DNA of 64,000 bases from Octopus sinensis (lineage: Eukaryota), in NCBI RefSeq assembly GCF_006345805.1, contig NC_042997.1, forward strand, positions 87,482,001 through 87,546,000. Direction: 5' to 3'. The position numbers and the translations under genes were made by a program. The notes below the pieces were generated by a model. That model searched no databases and was not told the DNA's origin. It saw nothing but the letters and a program-made list of their open reading frames with translations. Position 1 is the first letter of the stretch, and each line of letters starts with the position of its first letter. This document shows positions 25,709-38,969 of this stretch, piece by piece.

Positions 25709-25724
25709 GTGTGTATATATTCTT

Positions 25725-26110
25725 TTATTCTTTTGCTTGTTACAGTCATTTGACTGTGGCCATGCTAGAGCACTACCTTTTGTCAAACAAATCAAGCCTA
25801 GGATTTATTCTTTGTAAGCCTTGTATTTATTCTACTGGTCTCTTGTGCTGAACCGCTAAGTTACGGGGACCTAAACACACCAACATTAGTTGTCAAGCGA
25901 TGGTGGGGGGACAAACACAGATACACAACTACACACACACACACATACATGGGTTTCTTTCAGTTTTCATCTGCCAAATCCACTCACAAGGGTTTGGTTG
26001 GCCCAAGGCAATAGTAGAATACACTTTCCTAAGGTGCCATGCAGTGGAACTGAACCTGGAGCCATGTAGTTAAGAAGCAAGCTTCTTACCACACAGCCAC
26101 TCCTGCACCT
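25725..26110 (-). mobile_element. Full-length SINE family A
   Basis: Antisense match to 4156-4577. Confidence 0.85.
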
Positions 26111-26954
26111 AAAAATATGGAATGCTTCATGAATTTGCATGTCATCCTTGTGCAAGAGGATATATAACATATATATATATGATGGGCTTGCTTCAGCTAC
26201 TGTCTACCAAATTCACTCATGAGGCTTTGATTGGCCTTGGGCTATAGTTGAAGACACTAGACCAAAGTGTTACGCAGTGGGATTGAACCTGGGACCATAC
26301 AGTTAGGAAGTAAACTTCTTAGCACATAACTACACATGCATCTATTTATTACACACACACACACATGCATAAGATTAGTTAGTTGTCCATAAATCAGAAA
26401 TAACAGCATACTCAATTTAAGCAATAGCATGGGCATATCAGTTGCCAAACCATCTCTTTTTCTTTATCTCTCTCTCTCCCTCCTTTTTTCTCTCTTTCTC
26501 TCTCTCTTTCTTTGTGTGTGTGTGGTGTGTGTGTGTGTGTGTATGTATGGATTTATTAAACACTTGTGGAGATAATCTCCCCACTTGTTTTACATTTGTA
26601 CTCTGTGCTCAAAGTAGCAGAATGGAACTACAAAAAGAAATCTGAAATAATAAAGCTTTTATTCTTCAGATATGGATCTTTTGAAATATGACCGAACATA
26701 TTGAGTTCTAAACATTGGTTATATGTCATGATTAATAAATCACACCACACAAAAATAATATATGTATTAATTAATAAATGAATGACAAGAGAAAAGGAGA
26801 CATGTAATCACTTACATTAGCTCACACCTGTTAGAACTATAAATGTCAGTGTGACCTTAATATTAAGATCTCTACTGATCTGCTGTTTGTTTTTTAGTAT
26901 ATTGAACTCTCACAACTGCTACCTCTATGGCTAAGTGGAATCTTATATATACAG

Positions 26955-27360
26955 GTGCAGGAGCGGTAGTGTGGTAAGAAGCTTGCTTCCCAACCACATG
27001 GTTCCAGGTTCAGTCCCACTGCATAGCACTATAGGCAAGTGTCTTCCACTGTTGCCTTGGACGACCAAAGCCTTGTTAGTGGATTTGATAGACGGAGTCT
27101 GAAAGAAGCCCATCAAGTATATATACGTATATGTATATATCTATGTGTTGGTATCTTTGTGTCTGTGTTTGTCCCGCACCACTGCTTGACAACTGGTGTT
27201 GGTGTGTTTATATCCACGTTATTTAGCAGTTTGGCTAAAGAGATCGATAGAATAAAAAATAAAAAGTACTGGGGTCGATTTGCTTGACTAAAATTCTTCA
27301 GGGCAGTGCTCCAGCATGGCCACAGTCTAAAGACTAAACAAGTAAAAGAATAAAAGAATA
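26955..27360 (+). mobile_element. Full-length SINE family A
   Basis: ggtgcaggagcggtagtgtggtaagaagc...ggttcagtccc...gtgctccagcatggccacagtc...aagtaaaagaataaaag. Confidence 0.88.
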
Positions 27361-27399
27361 TATATATATATATATATATGTATATCAACAACATCACCC

Positions 27400-28285
27400 T
27401 CATCATCATCATTTAATGTCCACTTTCCATGCTGGCATGGGTTGAACAGTTTAACTGGAAACTGGTAAACTGTGGGGCTGCACCAGGTTCCAATCTGATT
27501 TGGCAAGGTTTCTATAATTGGATGCCCTTTCTAATACCAACCACTCTGAGAGTGTAGTGGGTGTTTTTTATGTGCCACTACTACGGTCTCACTTTGCTTG
27601 ACAGGTCAACACAAGTACAGTATATCACCAAGTGTCTTGGTCACCTGTCATTACCTCCATGAGGCCCAATGCTTGAACGGTGCTTTTTGCGTGCCAGTCA
27701 GATGACACTGGTATTGGTCACAACTACGATTTCATTTGGTCTGACAGGTCTTTACAAGCACAGCATATCACCCAATGATTGAAAGGTGCTTTTAACAGGC
27801 CAGTTATGTGACACTGGCATCGGCCACCACTATGATTTCACTTGGCTTGATGTCACTTCCTCCATGAGGCCCAATGCATGAATGGTGCTTTTTACATGCC
27901 ACCAGCACAGGTGCCAATCATATAGCACTGACATCAGCCAGGACTACGATTTCACTCAGTTTGACAGGTCTTCACAAGCACAGCATATCACTCAACGATT
28001 GAAGGGTGCTTTTAATGGGCCAGTTACATGATACTGGCATCGGGCTATGACTATGATCTCACTTGGCTTGATGGGTCTTCTTAAGCATAGCATATCTCCA
28101 AAGTTCTTGGTCACTTGTCATTTGAAGATCATACTTCAACACCTCATCCCATGTCTTCCTGGGTCTACCTCTTCCACAGGTTTCCTCCACCGTTTGAGTG
28201 CAACACTTCTTCACTCAGCTGTCCTCATCCATATGCATCAAATGGCCATACCAGTTCAGTCATCTCTCTTGCACACACATATATA
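27400..28285 (-). mobile_element. RTE LINE 3' end with internally repeated 3' UTR
   Basis: Terminal (CAT)n on the plus strand, repeated ~100-bp gacactggcatcgg...ttcacttggcttga units, and the RT C-terminal region matching 32168-32431. Confidence 0.8.
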
Positions 28286-28495
28286 AAGGTGTCGAGCTGG
28301 CAGAATCATTAGCATGCCGGGAAAAATGCTTCATGGTATTCATCATCTGTCTTTATGATCTGAGTTCAAATTTTGTCAGAGTTGATTTTAACTTTCATCT
28401 TGTCTATAAAATAAGTACCAGTCAAGCACTGGGGTCAATTTAATTGCCTTAGCCCTTCCCCTGAAATTGCTGGCTTTGTGCCAAAGTTTCAAACC
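28285..28495 (+). mobile_element. SINE family B
   Basis: ggtgtcgagctggcagaatcattagc...gagttcaaatt...gtgccaaagtttcaaaccaat. Confidence 0.85.
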
Positions 28496-30320
28496 AATAC
28501 ACACACACAGATACACACACATATACACTCATACACATAATAAAATATATATATTATTATGTTATGATGATTCTTAAGAATCAAGGCACATCAGCTTGTA
28601 GGACACCAAAAATGGTTAGGTACGATAACATAGAGCTTACTGTGAAATAAACAGCATCAAAGACATCAATTGTTAGTAGGATGTCATAGTTATGCAAGTA
28701 TTAAATCCAATTCATAATCAACTAGAAAAGCACTTGGAGAGCGCAGACCTTCGCCAAACCAGCCGGAGCAGCACTATGACGACGATGATGACAACAACAA
28801 CGACGACGATGACGACCACCACCACCATCATATCACAATCGCCACTACAACTACCCTATAACTATCACCACCAACATCATCAGCAGCATTGTCATTGCTT
28901 CCACTTTAACCACATATACCACAATCAATGTTATCATTATGGTTACCTTGACAGTCACTTTCACCACCACAAACAGTATAACCACTACAATACTACCATC
29001 ACACAACTGACACTATCATCAACATCACTATTACCACCATCACTTCAACATCACACATGACACAGCTCCTGTCGCCATTATAACCACCGATACTGTTTTA
29101 TCCTCCTCCCATACTTATCTCAACCATCGTCATCATCAACATTGTCTCCGCTTTCACCACAATCACCGTCAAAACTATGATCACCACAATCAGTTTCTTT
29201 ATACAGTTGAAATTCCATTATTCGATACTCATGGGACCGTGATTGTTGCAGATTTTTGATTTTTCTAATTTTGGAGTGCTTTATTAAAAAAAAAATTGCA
29301 TCTACAAAATGGGACAGTTTGAGGATAGAAACCAGGTCTAAACACAATAGTTTATAGACACTCTGAATGTAGTTCTATATAAATCTTTAATAATTTTTTT
29401 TTGTATTTAAGACCATGAGAAATGTTAAGATATCAGCCTCTACCCATGTTGTCATGCTTTGATTAAAAGGTTACAGCATAGATAAGATTACTTAGATAAG
29501 CTTCAGCCGAAGTTGACTCAGGCCATGTCTAATTTAATAGCACCACCTGGAAGAGATACACAGTCAGCCTGGAGAACCACAGCCCATTCAAGCAGAGGGT
29601 TATTGCTTTTAGAGACATATCTGGGTGTGGGTGGTTTACCTGGTATTTGTTGGGGGTAATCATCTAGGGATCATTTGAATGCTTTAAAGTCACTTTCCTC
29701 CTTTATGTGTGTTTACTTTGTATAATCTTTCCTCTGTAAAATGTCACAAGCACCATGTAACATTGTTTAATGAGCTGTTTGAGACTGCATGATATCAAAA
29801 AATTTGAGCCAAATCCTCATATTCTGGAATTTCATTACAGATAACCTGCTGAATGTTGAATAGCCTCTGCAAAGTAGTGTTTATCATTTTTATTCCAAAC
29901 CCATTTTTTCCCATGTATTAGCAAAGGTTAGGTCTTACTGTTAAGATCTGCTGTTTAGATCATGTTTAATCTCAACTCAGCTTTGATCAAGCAGATCTGT
30001 GATCAAACCTGTCTTTATTTTGCAGACATAGTATATCTCAGATTATATTATCCAATGTATCCACTTTTTAAAGGCAGTATAAAAGTCTTTAGGGAAATTT
30101 GAGCACTGTTCTTAGAAGGCTGAGAAACCATGTAGAAATACCTTTGTTATTCATATCTATGTGGTATTGTTCTGTGAGATGTGGATTTCTTTAGTCATGT
30201 TGCAATACCTCTGCTTCCCCAGCCAGACAATCTTATGATCTGAGGTGAACATTAACTTTTTGTGCAGATCCAATTAATTATAAATATAGAATTGTTCACT
30301 CACTGTGGAAAATAACTTAC

Positions 30321-30651
30321 CATTGCTTGCTTGAAGGTTGTGTCATTTCAATGAACAGAGGAACATACTTGATATATGATATCAACATTTTACTAACTAA
30401 ATTGTCATTGCTTTCATTCAAAATTAATGTTATATAAGAGATAGTGTTGGTATCATTCATCACATTTTTCAAAATGATATGGTTAGTGCACTTCACAAAT
30501 TCAAATGCATAACTTTTGCTGCAACAATTTTCTGAAAGTGTAACAGATTTTCCCATATGATCATAAATATGTCTGAATAGGGAACATTGGAGAATTGAAT
30601 GAAATGGCAAGCAATAATCTTGCCAATCAATATTTTCATTGTTTAACATCA
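30321..30651 (-). CDS. Candidate host-gene exon, 109 open codons, unknown product
   Basis: MLNNENIDWQDYCLPFHSILQCSLFRHIYDH...QPSSKQ; the frame closes exactly at a consensus donor ATG|GTAAGT. The acceptor (agcag|) has a poor pyrimidine tract. Confidence 0.55.
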
Positions 30652-31668
30652 CTGCTACTAACTAAATTCTAATCTAGTTTGCCTGTTTGTGTTTGAGTGA
30701 TTTATTCCCACTGCCTTATTGAAATCTTTGTAATTTGTACACTGCTCCAGATGGACTTTTTGATTGAAAAGTCTCTTTATGTGGTGAATATTTCATGAAT
30801 TTTACATTTCTTCACCAGAAAAACTACAATTAGATTTGGATTCCACACATACAGGCATACAAATTTAAAATAATCCATTGATTAGAGACTACTTTGCTGG
30901 TCTTCTGAAACATACAATCAATTTACTGAATCAATTAAGGAATGATGTGGCCACAACCGGATTTAAACCTTGACAGGCCTGGGGCACTTCAGGTTCAGTG
31001 GGCCCCACCACATACACAAAAATTAAAATCCATGATAAATTACCAAACTTACATCTCAAAACAACCTATTGCATATAATTGAAATTGACAAGTTAGCACA
31101 TAGAAAATTCAAATGCATTTGCCAATGCAAAATTTTGTTATCTAAACTAAATAGAGCAGGTTTTACCAGTACTGACTGAAAGTCTTTCCTTCTACACTTG
31201 GCATCTGAAAAGTCTTTAATGGATTCCTCAAACTGCATCATCCTTAGAACATTGCTCTCTACGTCTAAAAGGCACAGAGCACATAATCTTTTATGTATCA
31301 TTGTGATTCTCAGATAATTCTTTATTAGCTCCGGTTTATTGAATGACCTCTCTCCTGCACAATTACTGACCATCAAGCTAAATATATTCTAAGAGTTACA
31401 TCAACACTTGGAAATGTATTAAAAACTCTTCATAAAAGATTAAAAGAACCTTTTGAGATGAATTGTGACATGATCCAAACTTATAAAAGGCTGCAAACTG
31501 TACAATTTATCTTATGAACACATTACTAAAATCACAGGTGAAAGTGGTGATGACTTTCTCAATTTCACTTCATACCTCTGCATCAAGTAAACTACATAAG
31601 TTCACTATGACTTTGAACTTGTTGTGCACTAATTGATAGGTTACCCTACAATTTTGTAAGGCAACAGA

Positions 31669-33060
31669 CACCATCATCATCATCAGCAGCATCATTATCA
31701 TTATTTAATGTCTGCTTTCCAAGGGTAGAATGAATTGACTGAAAACTAGTAAGCTGGGGAGCTGCACCAGGTTCCAATCTGATTTGACATGGTTTCTATG
31801 GCTGGATGCCCTTCTTAATGCCAACTACTCCGAGAGTGCTTTTATGTGCCATTGGCACAGGTGTCATTGACGTGACAGTTGCATCAGTCATGACTGTGAT
31901 CTCACTTGTCTTGATCGGTCTATACAGGCATGGTATATTGATAAAGGTCTTGGTTATCTATTACTACCTCTGAGAGGCTCAACACTTGAATGGAGCTTTT
32001 TATGTGGCACCGGCACAGATGCCAATCAGATGACACTGGTATTGGCCATAACTATAATTTTACTTGGCTTGACCGGCACAGCATATCACCTAATGTTTGA
32101 ACCAACGTTTGAAGGGTGCTTTTTATGTGCCAATTATGCAACACAGGCATCGGCCATGACTACAATCTCACTTGGCTTGACAGGTCTTCTTAAGCACAGC
32201 ATATTGCCAGAGGTCACAGTCACTTGTCATTACCTCTGTGAGGCCCAACATTTGAAGATCATGCTTCACCACCTCATCCCACGTCTTCCCGGGTCTACTT
32301 CTTCCACAGGTTCCCTCCACCATTAGAGTGTGGCACATCTTCATACAGCTGACCTCATCTATATGCATCATATGACCATACCAGTGCAGTTGTCTCTCTT
32401 GCACACCACATCTGGTGTCTCTTGTGCCCAACTTTTCTCTCAGGATGCTTACACTCTGACATTACACACCCAGAGAAGCATACTAGCTTCATTTCTTACA
32501 AGCCTATGCATGTTCTCAACAGTTACAGCCCATGCTTCACTGCCATGTGGCATGGCTGTTTGCACACAGGCATCATACAATCTGCCTTTCACTTTGAGAG
32601 AGAGGCCCTTTGTTACCAGTAGATGTAGGAGCTCTCTGAACATTCCACAGCCTATTCTTATTGTAGCAGCTACACTCTTGGAGCATTCACCCCTGCTACT
32701 GACTTGGTCACCTAGGTAATGGAAGCTACTGACAATTTCTAGTTTTCCCTACTGGCATGTGATGGAATCTACTTTCTGTACATTTTTAGCGTTAATTGTA
32801 CCTGTGCACCTGCCACACACAAAAACTGTTTTCCCTATTAACATTCCTCTGATATTGCTGCACCTCTTATATGTCCATAGCTTACACTGGTACATCTTAT
32901 GGAGTTTCTACCTATGCCTTTTCTACAGATGGAGCAGGGCAATCTTCCTGAAGGAATTTGTGATTTGTCTGCTTTCCTACTTACTAAGGCTTTAATTTTT
33001 GCCAGGTTCTTCAATTCTAGACCTTGCTTCCATACCTGAAACTTCTTCTCTAGTTCTGGT
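31669..33060 (-). mobile_element. 5'-truncated RTE LINE nested in the hAT transposase
   Basis: ELEKKFQVWKQGL, PCSICRKG, LRVKGRLYDACV-like block, RLHWYGH-like block, GRSRPGKTWDEVV, (CAT)n tail. 3-bp AGA overlap at both junctions. Confidence 0.92.
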
Positions 33061-34047
33061 AGATAACAATTGATCTAAAATGACTTTGAAAGTCTTGCAA
33101 CTAAATTTTTCTCTTGCAGAAATGATAACTTCATTTGAGCTGGATTTGCATCATGTTTGTTTCTCTTCCATGACCTATCTGTTGTTACTTTGTTGTTTAC
33201 ATTTCCACACATTTTCTAGGCATCCAATTCCAACTCATCATATCTATCCTAAAGTGATTTCAGAAAGATTTCCAAACAACCAGTTAGGTCCTATACTTTA
33301 TTCAGATCAACTTCATCTCATTGAAAAGCATTATTTGCACTATTAAACCATACAAGAATTAAATTCCAGATCTTAGCTATCTGATCAGTTTTAAGACATT
33401 TTGTCGGCTGATGTCTGACCTTCATATCTTGCCTCAAGTATTTATTCCAAATCATCTGTACTTAGATCCTGTGATCTCTTCACTACCTTTAATTGTTAAG
33501 CCTCTCTTGTCTAGAGACATCGTCATATCCATGACATGATGCAATACTTTAGTTCAGTTTTTCTGCACTTGTTTTTCCAAGTAGTTAACATGAGAATGTT
33601 TCCAACATGAAACTTGGAACTTCAACTCAGAATCTCTATCTTTGGCTTTGTTCATCTATTTTCATTTTCTCATCTGCTTTTCCCTAGTCATTAAATCCAT
33701 CCTTGTTGGAAAATCTGTTGTGTCAGCTTGACATCAAAGGACTGTAAAAGCAATAAGCTGCAAACTTTGATGAGCTGTACTGGAACCCCTTTCTTAGATG
33801 CTACTCAGCATTGTTATGAATAGTATAAGACATTGGATTTTAAAAATAAAGTACCCATCCAAGTTTTCTTCACCTCATTGATAATGACATCAAGATTCTG
33901 GGTTGGGTTGGTGACATTTTTGCTTTGTCATATAGTTGATTATGATTGAAAGAATATGGACATATACTTTTCTGTGACAGGAAACCATGTGGCTGAGTCT
34001 AGATTCCAAAATAGTTCTTCACTATCCATATCAAAAAGATGTAGTGA

Positions 34048-34352
34048 AGGTATGTGGTTTAATGGTTAGGGTATTTGGCTCACAATCATAGGTTATGAGT
34101 TTGATTCCCAGCAACACATTGTGTACTTAAGCCAGACACCTTATTTTGTGTTGCTCCAGTCCATTCAGCTACCAAAAATCAGTTGTACCAGTAATTCAAA
34201 GGGTTAGCCTTATCCCACTGTGTCATGCTGAATGTTCCTGTAAACTACATGAAGGTACATGTGTTTGTGGAGTGCTCAGTCACTTGCACATGAATAGGTT
34301 GTTCCTTTAACAACTGGAACACTTGTTGTAATCTACAGAGTTCCAGTCCAAT
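34048..34352 (+). mobile_element. tRNA-derived SINE family C nested in hAT, 12-bp TSD
   Basis: Head tggtttaatggttaggg...gagtttgattccc. TSD AAGATGTAGTGA at 34036-34047 and 34353-34364. Confidence 0.9.
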
Positions 34353-34944
34353 AAGATGTAGTGATACATCATCTTCAATGTTTTGAACTGATATGTTCTT
34401 CCTGTTTTCCGTAGATGTACTTAGGAGTGTAGCTAGTTTCTCAAATGGAACATCTAGTACTAATTCTTCATCATTAGCTTTTAAATTTCCATTTTCTGAA
34501 GCAAAGAAAAGTTTTGTAAGGCATTCCTTCTTTGTCAATACTGCAGCATTATTTTCACATCTTTCTTTGAAATTTTATTCTTTTGAAAAGCTGAATTTTC
34601 CATAATATACTGGATATTCTGTGTAACAGGAACTGATGACTCCTATGTAGACTCACTTTGTTTAACCAGCCAGACAGTTTACACATACATATGTTACTCT
34701 AAAGTATGGGGAAGATAACTGCGTCTGTTACTAAAGTTAATCAAATGGAAATTGAAAAGAGTTCAAGTGATTAACAGCAAATTGAGGATTTTGTTTCCAT
34801 AAAATCACTTTTCTTCAAAATTATGTCTCACTTGAAATGAAGAAGTACAATAAAAGTATTTAGAAAAAATAATAATTTGAAAAGGAATTATTTATTTGAA
34901 AGATCTCTAAACTTTAAACAATCTTGTGACAATATTTGAGCTTA

Positions 34945-35107
34945 TAGTCTGTCTTTATGTTCTGAGTTCAAATTCTGCTGAGGTTGACTTTGCCTTTCAT
35001 CCTTTCTGGGTCGATAAATTAGGTACCAGTTGCATACTGGGGTTGACCTAATCAACTGGCCCCCTTCCCCAAAATTTCGGGCCTTGTGCCTAAAGTAGAA
35101 AAGAATT
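34945..35107 (+). mobile_element. 5'-truncated SINE family B nested in hAT, 10-bp TSD
   Basis: TSD TTTGAGCTTA at 34935-34944 and 35108-35117. Confidence 0.88.
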
Positions 35108-36568
35108 TTTGAGCTTACAACTCTAACTTTTGTTAATCAAAATTAGCTAATGAAGATGCAATGATCCAAATAAATTTTGTGAAGGAAGTGAGTATTAACA
35201 TGTGTTGCTGTCAGTGATAACCTTTGAGTTGAAATATTTATTTTGACATTGTTAACTGATTTTTGTTTTGTTTACATCTTACCTTGTTCTTGTCAATAAG
35301 ACCAGTCTACCAAAAGACTTTAATGTCAAACTGGGAATAATGATGTTTAGGAGCAACAATATTTGATGTACATGTGACTGTATGTTTAGTCACAGTTATA
35401 AACTCCTGAAGCTGGTAGTCATTGCTAAGTCAAGCAGAAAAAAATGACTTAAGGGAATTTGAATAAGAGACAATAAATTTGTCTATCTGTCTGTTTGTCT
35501 AACTTTATATATTAACTTACTTTATAATAAGTACTGAATCTTTTTCAGAAGTGGTTCCAGTTTTTGTTTATTGCAATCTTTTGTTTTTCTTTTCTCTGTC
35601 ATTTTGCTATTTCCTAAGAGAATTTGCTGCTTTTAGGCTGAGTAAACTGGTGTCACAAATGTTGAGAAATAATGGTTTTTATCATGAAAGAGACATCCAG
35701 TACATTTTTAAGAAGGGAATACATGTCTGTATACTGGGAAAGGTCTCTTCCTGCAAGATTGCAGGAAAGGGAGCCTCCTGATATAGTGAGCCCACCACCC
35801 ATGGCAAGGGACCCAAGTATTGGGGATGCTTGGGACAATTTCCTCTTTTGCCTTCCTATAAATCTGGCTATGGATGTGGCTTCTATAGTTACAATCCCTA
35901 AAGGCAACCCTCAAAGAACCTTAGTCACTCTGAATTATAAATGATTGATTAGATTAGTTCTGAGTCTAATAAGGCAATATCTGTAGTTCTGATGCTCCAA
36001 TAAAATACTATACTTTTTTTTTAAGGATTGTTAGGCACAATGCAATGTCTGGTTCACTTCCATGACCTGAGCCTTCATCAGAGTCCCCTGCATTGTAAGT
36101 ACATGTACCATGCTTGTAGCTAGAGAATATAAGATCAGTTCATGATCCAGTTCCCACAGCAACTCCCACATACAAAGGATACATGAAAAAAGAATTCTCC
36201 ACAGAGCTCTACCACCACTTAAGACATGAGCCTGGTTTGTGGGTAATACTTTGGGAAACAGCTCTACTAATTAACATAATTGCATATTCCTTTTTTTTCC
36301 CCAGTTTGTGATTAGTGCACATGATAACATACATAATTTTGAGAGATCTACCCGAGGCTACCAATATCTAGCTGAGTTATAAGAATCAGCATTGTGGTTG
36401 GCAACAACTCATGAGTTGGGGTTTTATTATTTCTCCTCCTAATCAAATTTACTATATGAGTAGTGTGAGCACAAAAGTAAACAAGAAAATTGATTTGATA
36501 TGTAGCTCAGACAATTCTCCTTTCTCATTATAAACAGTTGTGAAATTCAGTAAAACCTGGATTCTTAC

Positions 36569-36681
36569 CACCTCTTACTAATGTGCAAGTTACACATTCT
36601 GTCCCTGAGATACAAATGTCTCATCTGTTATTTCAAGCCCATCTCTGCAGTCCAGCCCACTCATTATATTCCAACTTCACT
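36569..36681 (-). pseudogene. Candidate decayed exon (VKLEYNEWAGLQRWA*NNR*DICISGTECVTCTLVRG)
   Basis: Acceptor atatcacctttcag|, donor GTG|GTAAGA, two in-frame TGA (36633-36635, 36621-36623). Confidence 0.45.
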
Positions 36682-37679
36682 CTGAAAGGTGATATATACA
36701 CATATACAGACTCTACACTTTCCCTCTCTTACCTCTTTCACCTGGATATCAACAACAATGTCTCCAGTTATTCTGGGTTGAAATATCCTTTCCTTAGTTC
36801 AAGAAATTTACCTGCTACTGTTAACCTTCCTCCAGTTAACACCAACTCTATAGAATTCCCTTGTTTTCTCTAGAGATGTCAGCTTACATATAATTAAGCT
36901 GCATATAAACTGCATTAATCTTACCAGTGTCAGAGGTCCCAGAAAAATCATACATTCAGCTTGTTTTCCTGGCTAAGCTGTAAAAATGTTCTTGACATTT
37001 TATGCTCTGTTCTATCTATCAACTGTTAACAACATGGGCCAGAGGATTTGTGTCTTTCTTAAGAGCATTATCAGAGTAAATAAAATTGGTATGACCAGAA
37101 ATTGAACCAGGAGCTTATCATGTTAATATAAAATAAATATCTATATTGAAATATATTTCTAAAGAATGTATGTATATATTTGAAAGTCATTAATCTCATA
37201 TTAAAGTAAATGCAGAGAAAAGCAGCAGAGATCAATTAAAGAATACTTGCATGGTTATGAATAACCAGGTTTCCATTACCATAGAAACCAAGTAAAATGA
37301 ATTTCTTTGAAGAAATATTAATATTTCATCTCTGTTCAATTTTCTATTGCTGTTTGAGTTAATTTTATCTAGTTTTGTGTAATTATTTTTACAGATGGAT
37401 GCCCTTCCTATGCTAATCCACCTAACCAAGCGGTAAGAGCAGAATTTGTTTATTAGCTCATTAGCCTGGTGACATGTACTTTGCCTAAGGGTACCACAGA
37501 TTAATTGTCCTCTCTGAACTTATGACCATGTCGACAACATTTTAATAGTTTATTGTAATAGCCATACATAATGTAATATATATTTTCTTAAAATGTCAAT
37601 ATCTTAAATATATAACTAATTAAGCCATAGAAATGTTCTTACTTGTATTTTGATGCATAAATTTATTGTTCTTAATAAC

Positions 37680-37995
37680 ATTGTTTCATTATGTCAAAGG
37701 TTTTTATTATATCTTTTGCTTTGTTCCATAGTTAAGGTTTTGGAAAGCATAACTCAGAAACTTGTTTCATTATGTTGAAGGTTTTAATTATGTCTTCTAT
37801 TTGGTTATAATGTTCAGGGTCTTAAAAGGGTAACTTATAAACAAGTTTCAATATGCTAAAGTTGTTGATTATGTTTTCTATTTTATCCAATAGTAAAGGT
37901 TGTTGAGAGCATAACAACTTGAAATTATTTCATTGCATTGATTTCGATTATGTCATCAATCTTAATCTGTGTTAAAAGCATAACTCTTGAACACG
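37680..37995. repeat. Degenerate ~80-bp tandem repeat (~4 units)
   Basis: Recurring gtttcattatg...aaggt...aaagcataact pattern. Confidence 0.65.
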
Positions 37996-38801
37996 TGATG
38001 ACAAACAAAATAATTGCTTCAAGTTTGACACAGGGCTAACAATTTTGAAGAGAGGGGAGTAAGCAGATACCATCGTTCCCTCAGCCCACCAATACTTGCC
38101 TGTTATTTTATTTTATCAAGCTTGAAAGGATGAATGGTAAAGTTGGTTTCTGCAGCATTTGAACTCAGAATGTAAAGAGCTGGAAGACATGTCACTAAGC
38201 ATTTTGCCTGTTGCACTAATGATTTTGTCAGTTTATTGCTTTAAGGCAATTAAAATAAGACTGATAATTCATAAACATTTGATTTATTCAGCATCAGACA
38301 AAATACTTTACAATATTTAGTCACATCTTCTATGTTCCGAGTTCAAGTCCTTCTGAGTTGAATAGCATCTTTCAGCCTCCAGGCTTGATAAACTGAGTAC
38401 TAGATATATATTTAATTGGCTGTACTCTTTACTTTTATACGCTGGCCTTGACCACTGTAAAAATAAATTAATATGGATATTAACAAGTATTAAAAGCCAT
38501 CCTTCAATTAACAATTAAGCTAATTAAACAAGAGATTATATTGGACTTATTACAGAATTGTATACTTACTTTTGCTTTTTAATGTATCCTCGTTTTCTTA
38601 TTATGTCTTACAAAGATTAAAAAAATAACAACACAAAACTTACATCCATTATATTTTAGAAGATATTGCTTAGTAACCATTAGAGACAGAAAACCAAAAC
38701 ATCTGTTGATATCATCCTTTAAATGTAAATGAAAGAAATTGCAGGAAAATAATAAGTGCCGGCCATTTTATGAAAGAAATACTAGTATTATGTCATGAGA
38801 C

Positions 38802-38969
38802 CTGAACAATTGCAGATCATTTAGGTATTGTTGCATTTTGTTGATATACACTGCTATGGAGATGAGAGCCTATTGATTTGCTCTGGACCAAATAGCTACG
38901 AGTAATTCATTGTCATGTTTTGTCACTTTGCTTGACTTCCACAATTACGCATGCTCCATCAGCTAGCTA
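38802..38969 (-). pseudogene. Candidate decayed exon (LADGACVIVEVKQSDK / HDNELLVAIWSRANQ*ALISIAVYINKMQQYLNDLQLF)
   Basis: Branch-like gctaat plus tattctatcctccag acceptor. Protein-like translation needs one frameshift and contains one stop; donor weak. Confidence 0.35.

Larger units (their letters stand above)
30952..35872 (-). mobile_element. hAT transposon (ZMYM1-like/TTF-finger type transposase), decayed, with three nested insertions
   Basis: TIRs CACAACCGGATTTA (30952-30965) and TAAATCTGGCTATG (35859-35872), 11/14 complementary. Perfect 8-bp TSD GATGTGGC (30944-30951, 35873-35880). Dimerisation-domain motif SNCAGERSFNKPELIKNYLRITMIHKRL; TTF-like QYSSSKFAAYCF...DGFND. Confidence 0.92.

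Noticed and set aside
34245-34538. 97-aa ORF that looked like a host exon
   Set aside because: It is the hAT transposase N-terminal region running into the antisense of SINE C, as the 12-bp TSD shows.
36569-36681. In-frame TGA codons as selenocysteine or readthrough
   Set aside because: Other candidate exons contain TAA stops and frameshifts and no SECIS is evident, so decay is the simpler explanation.
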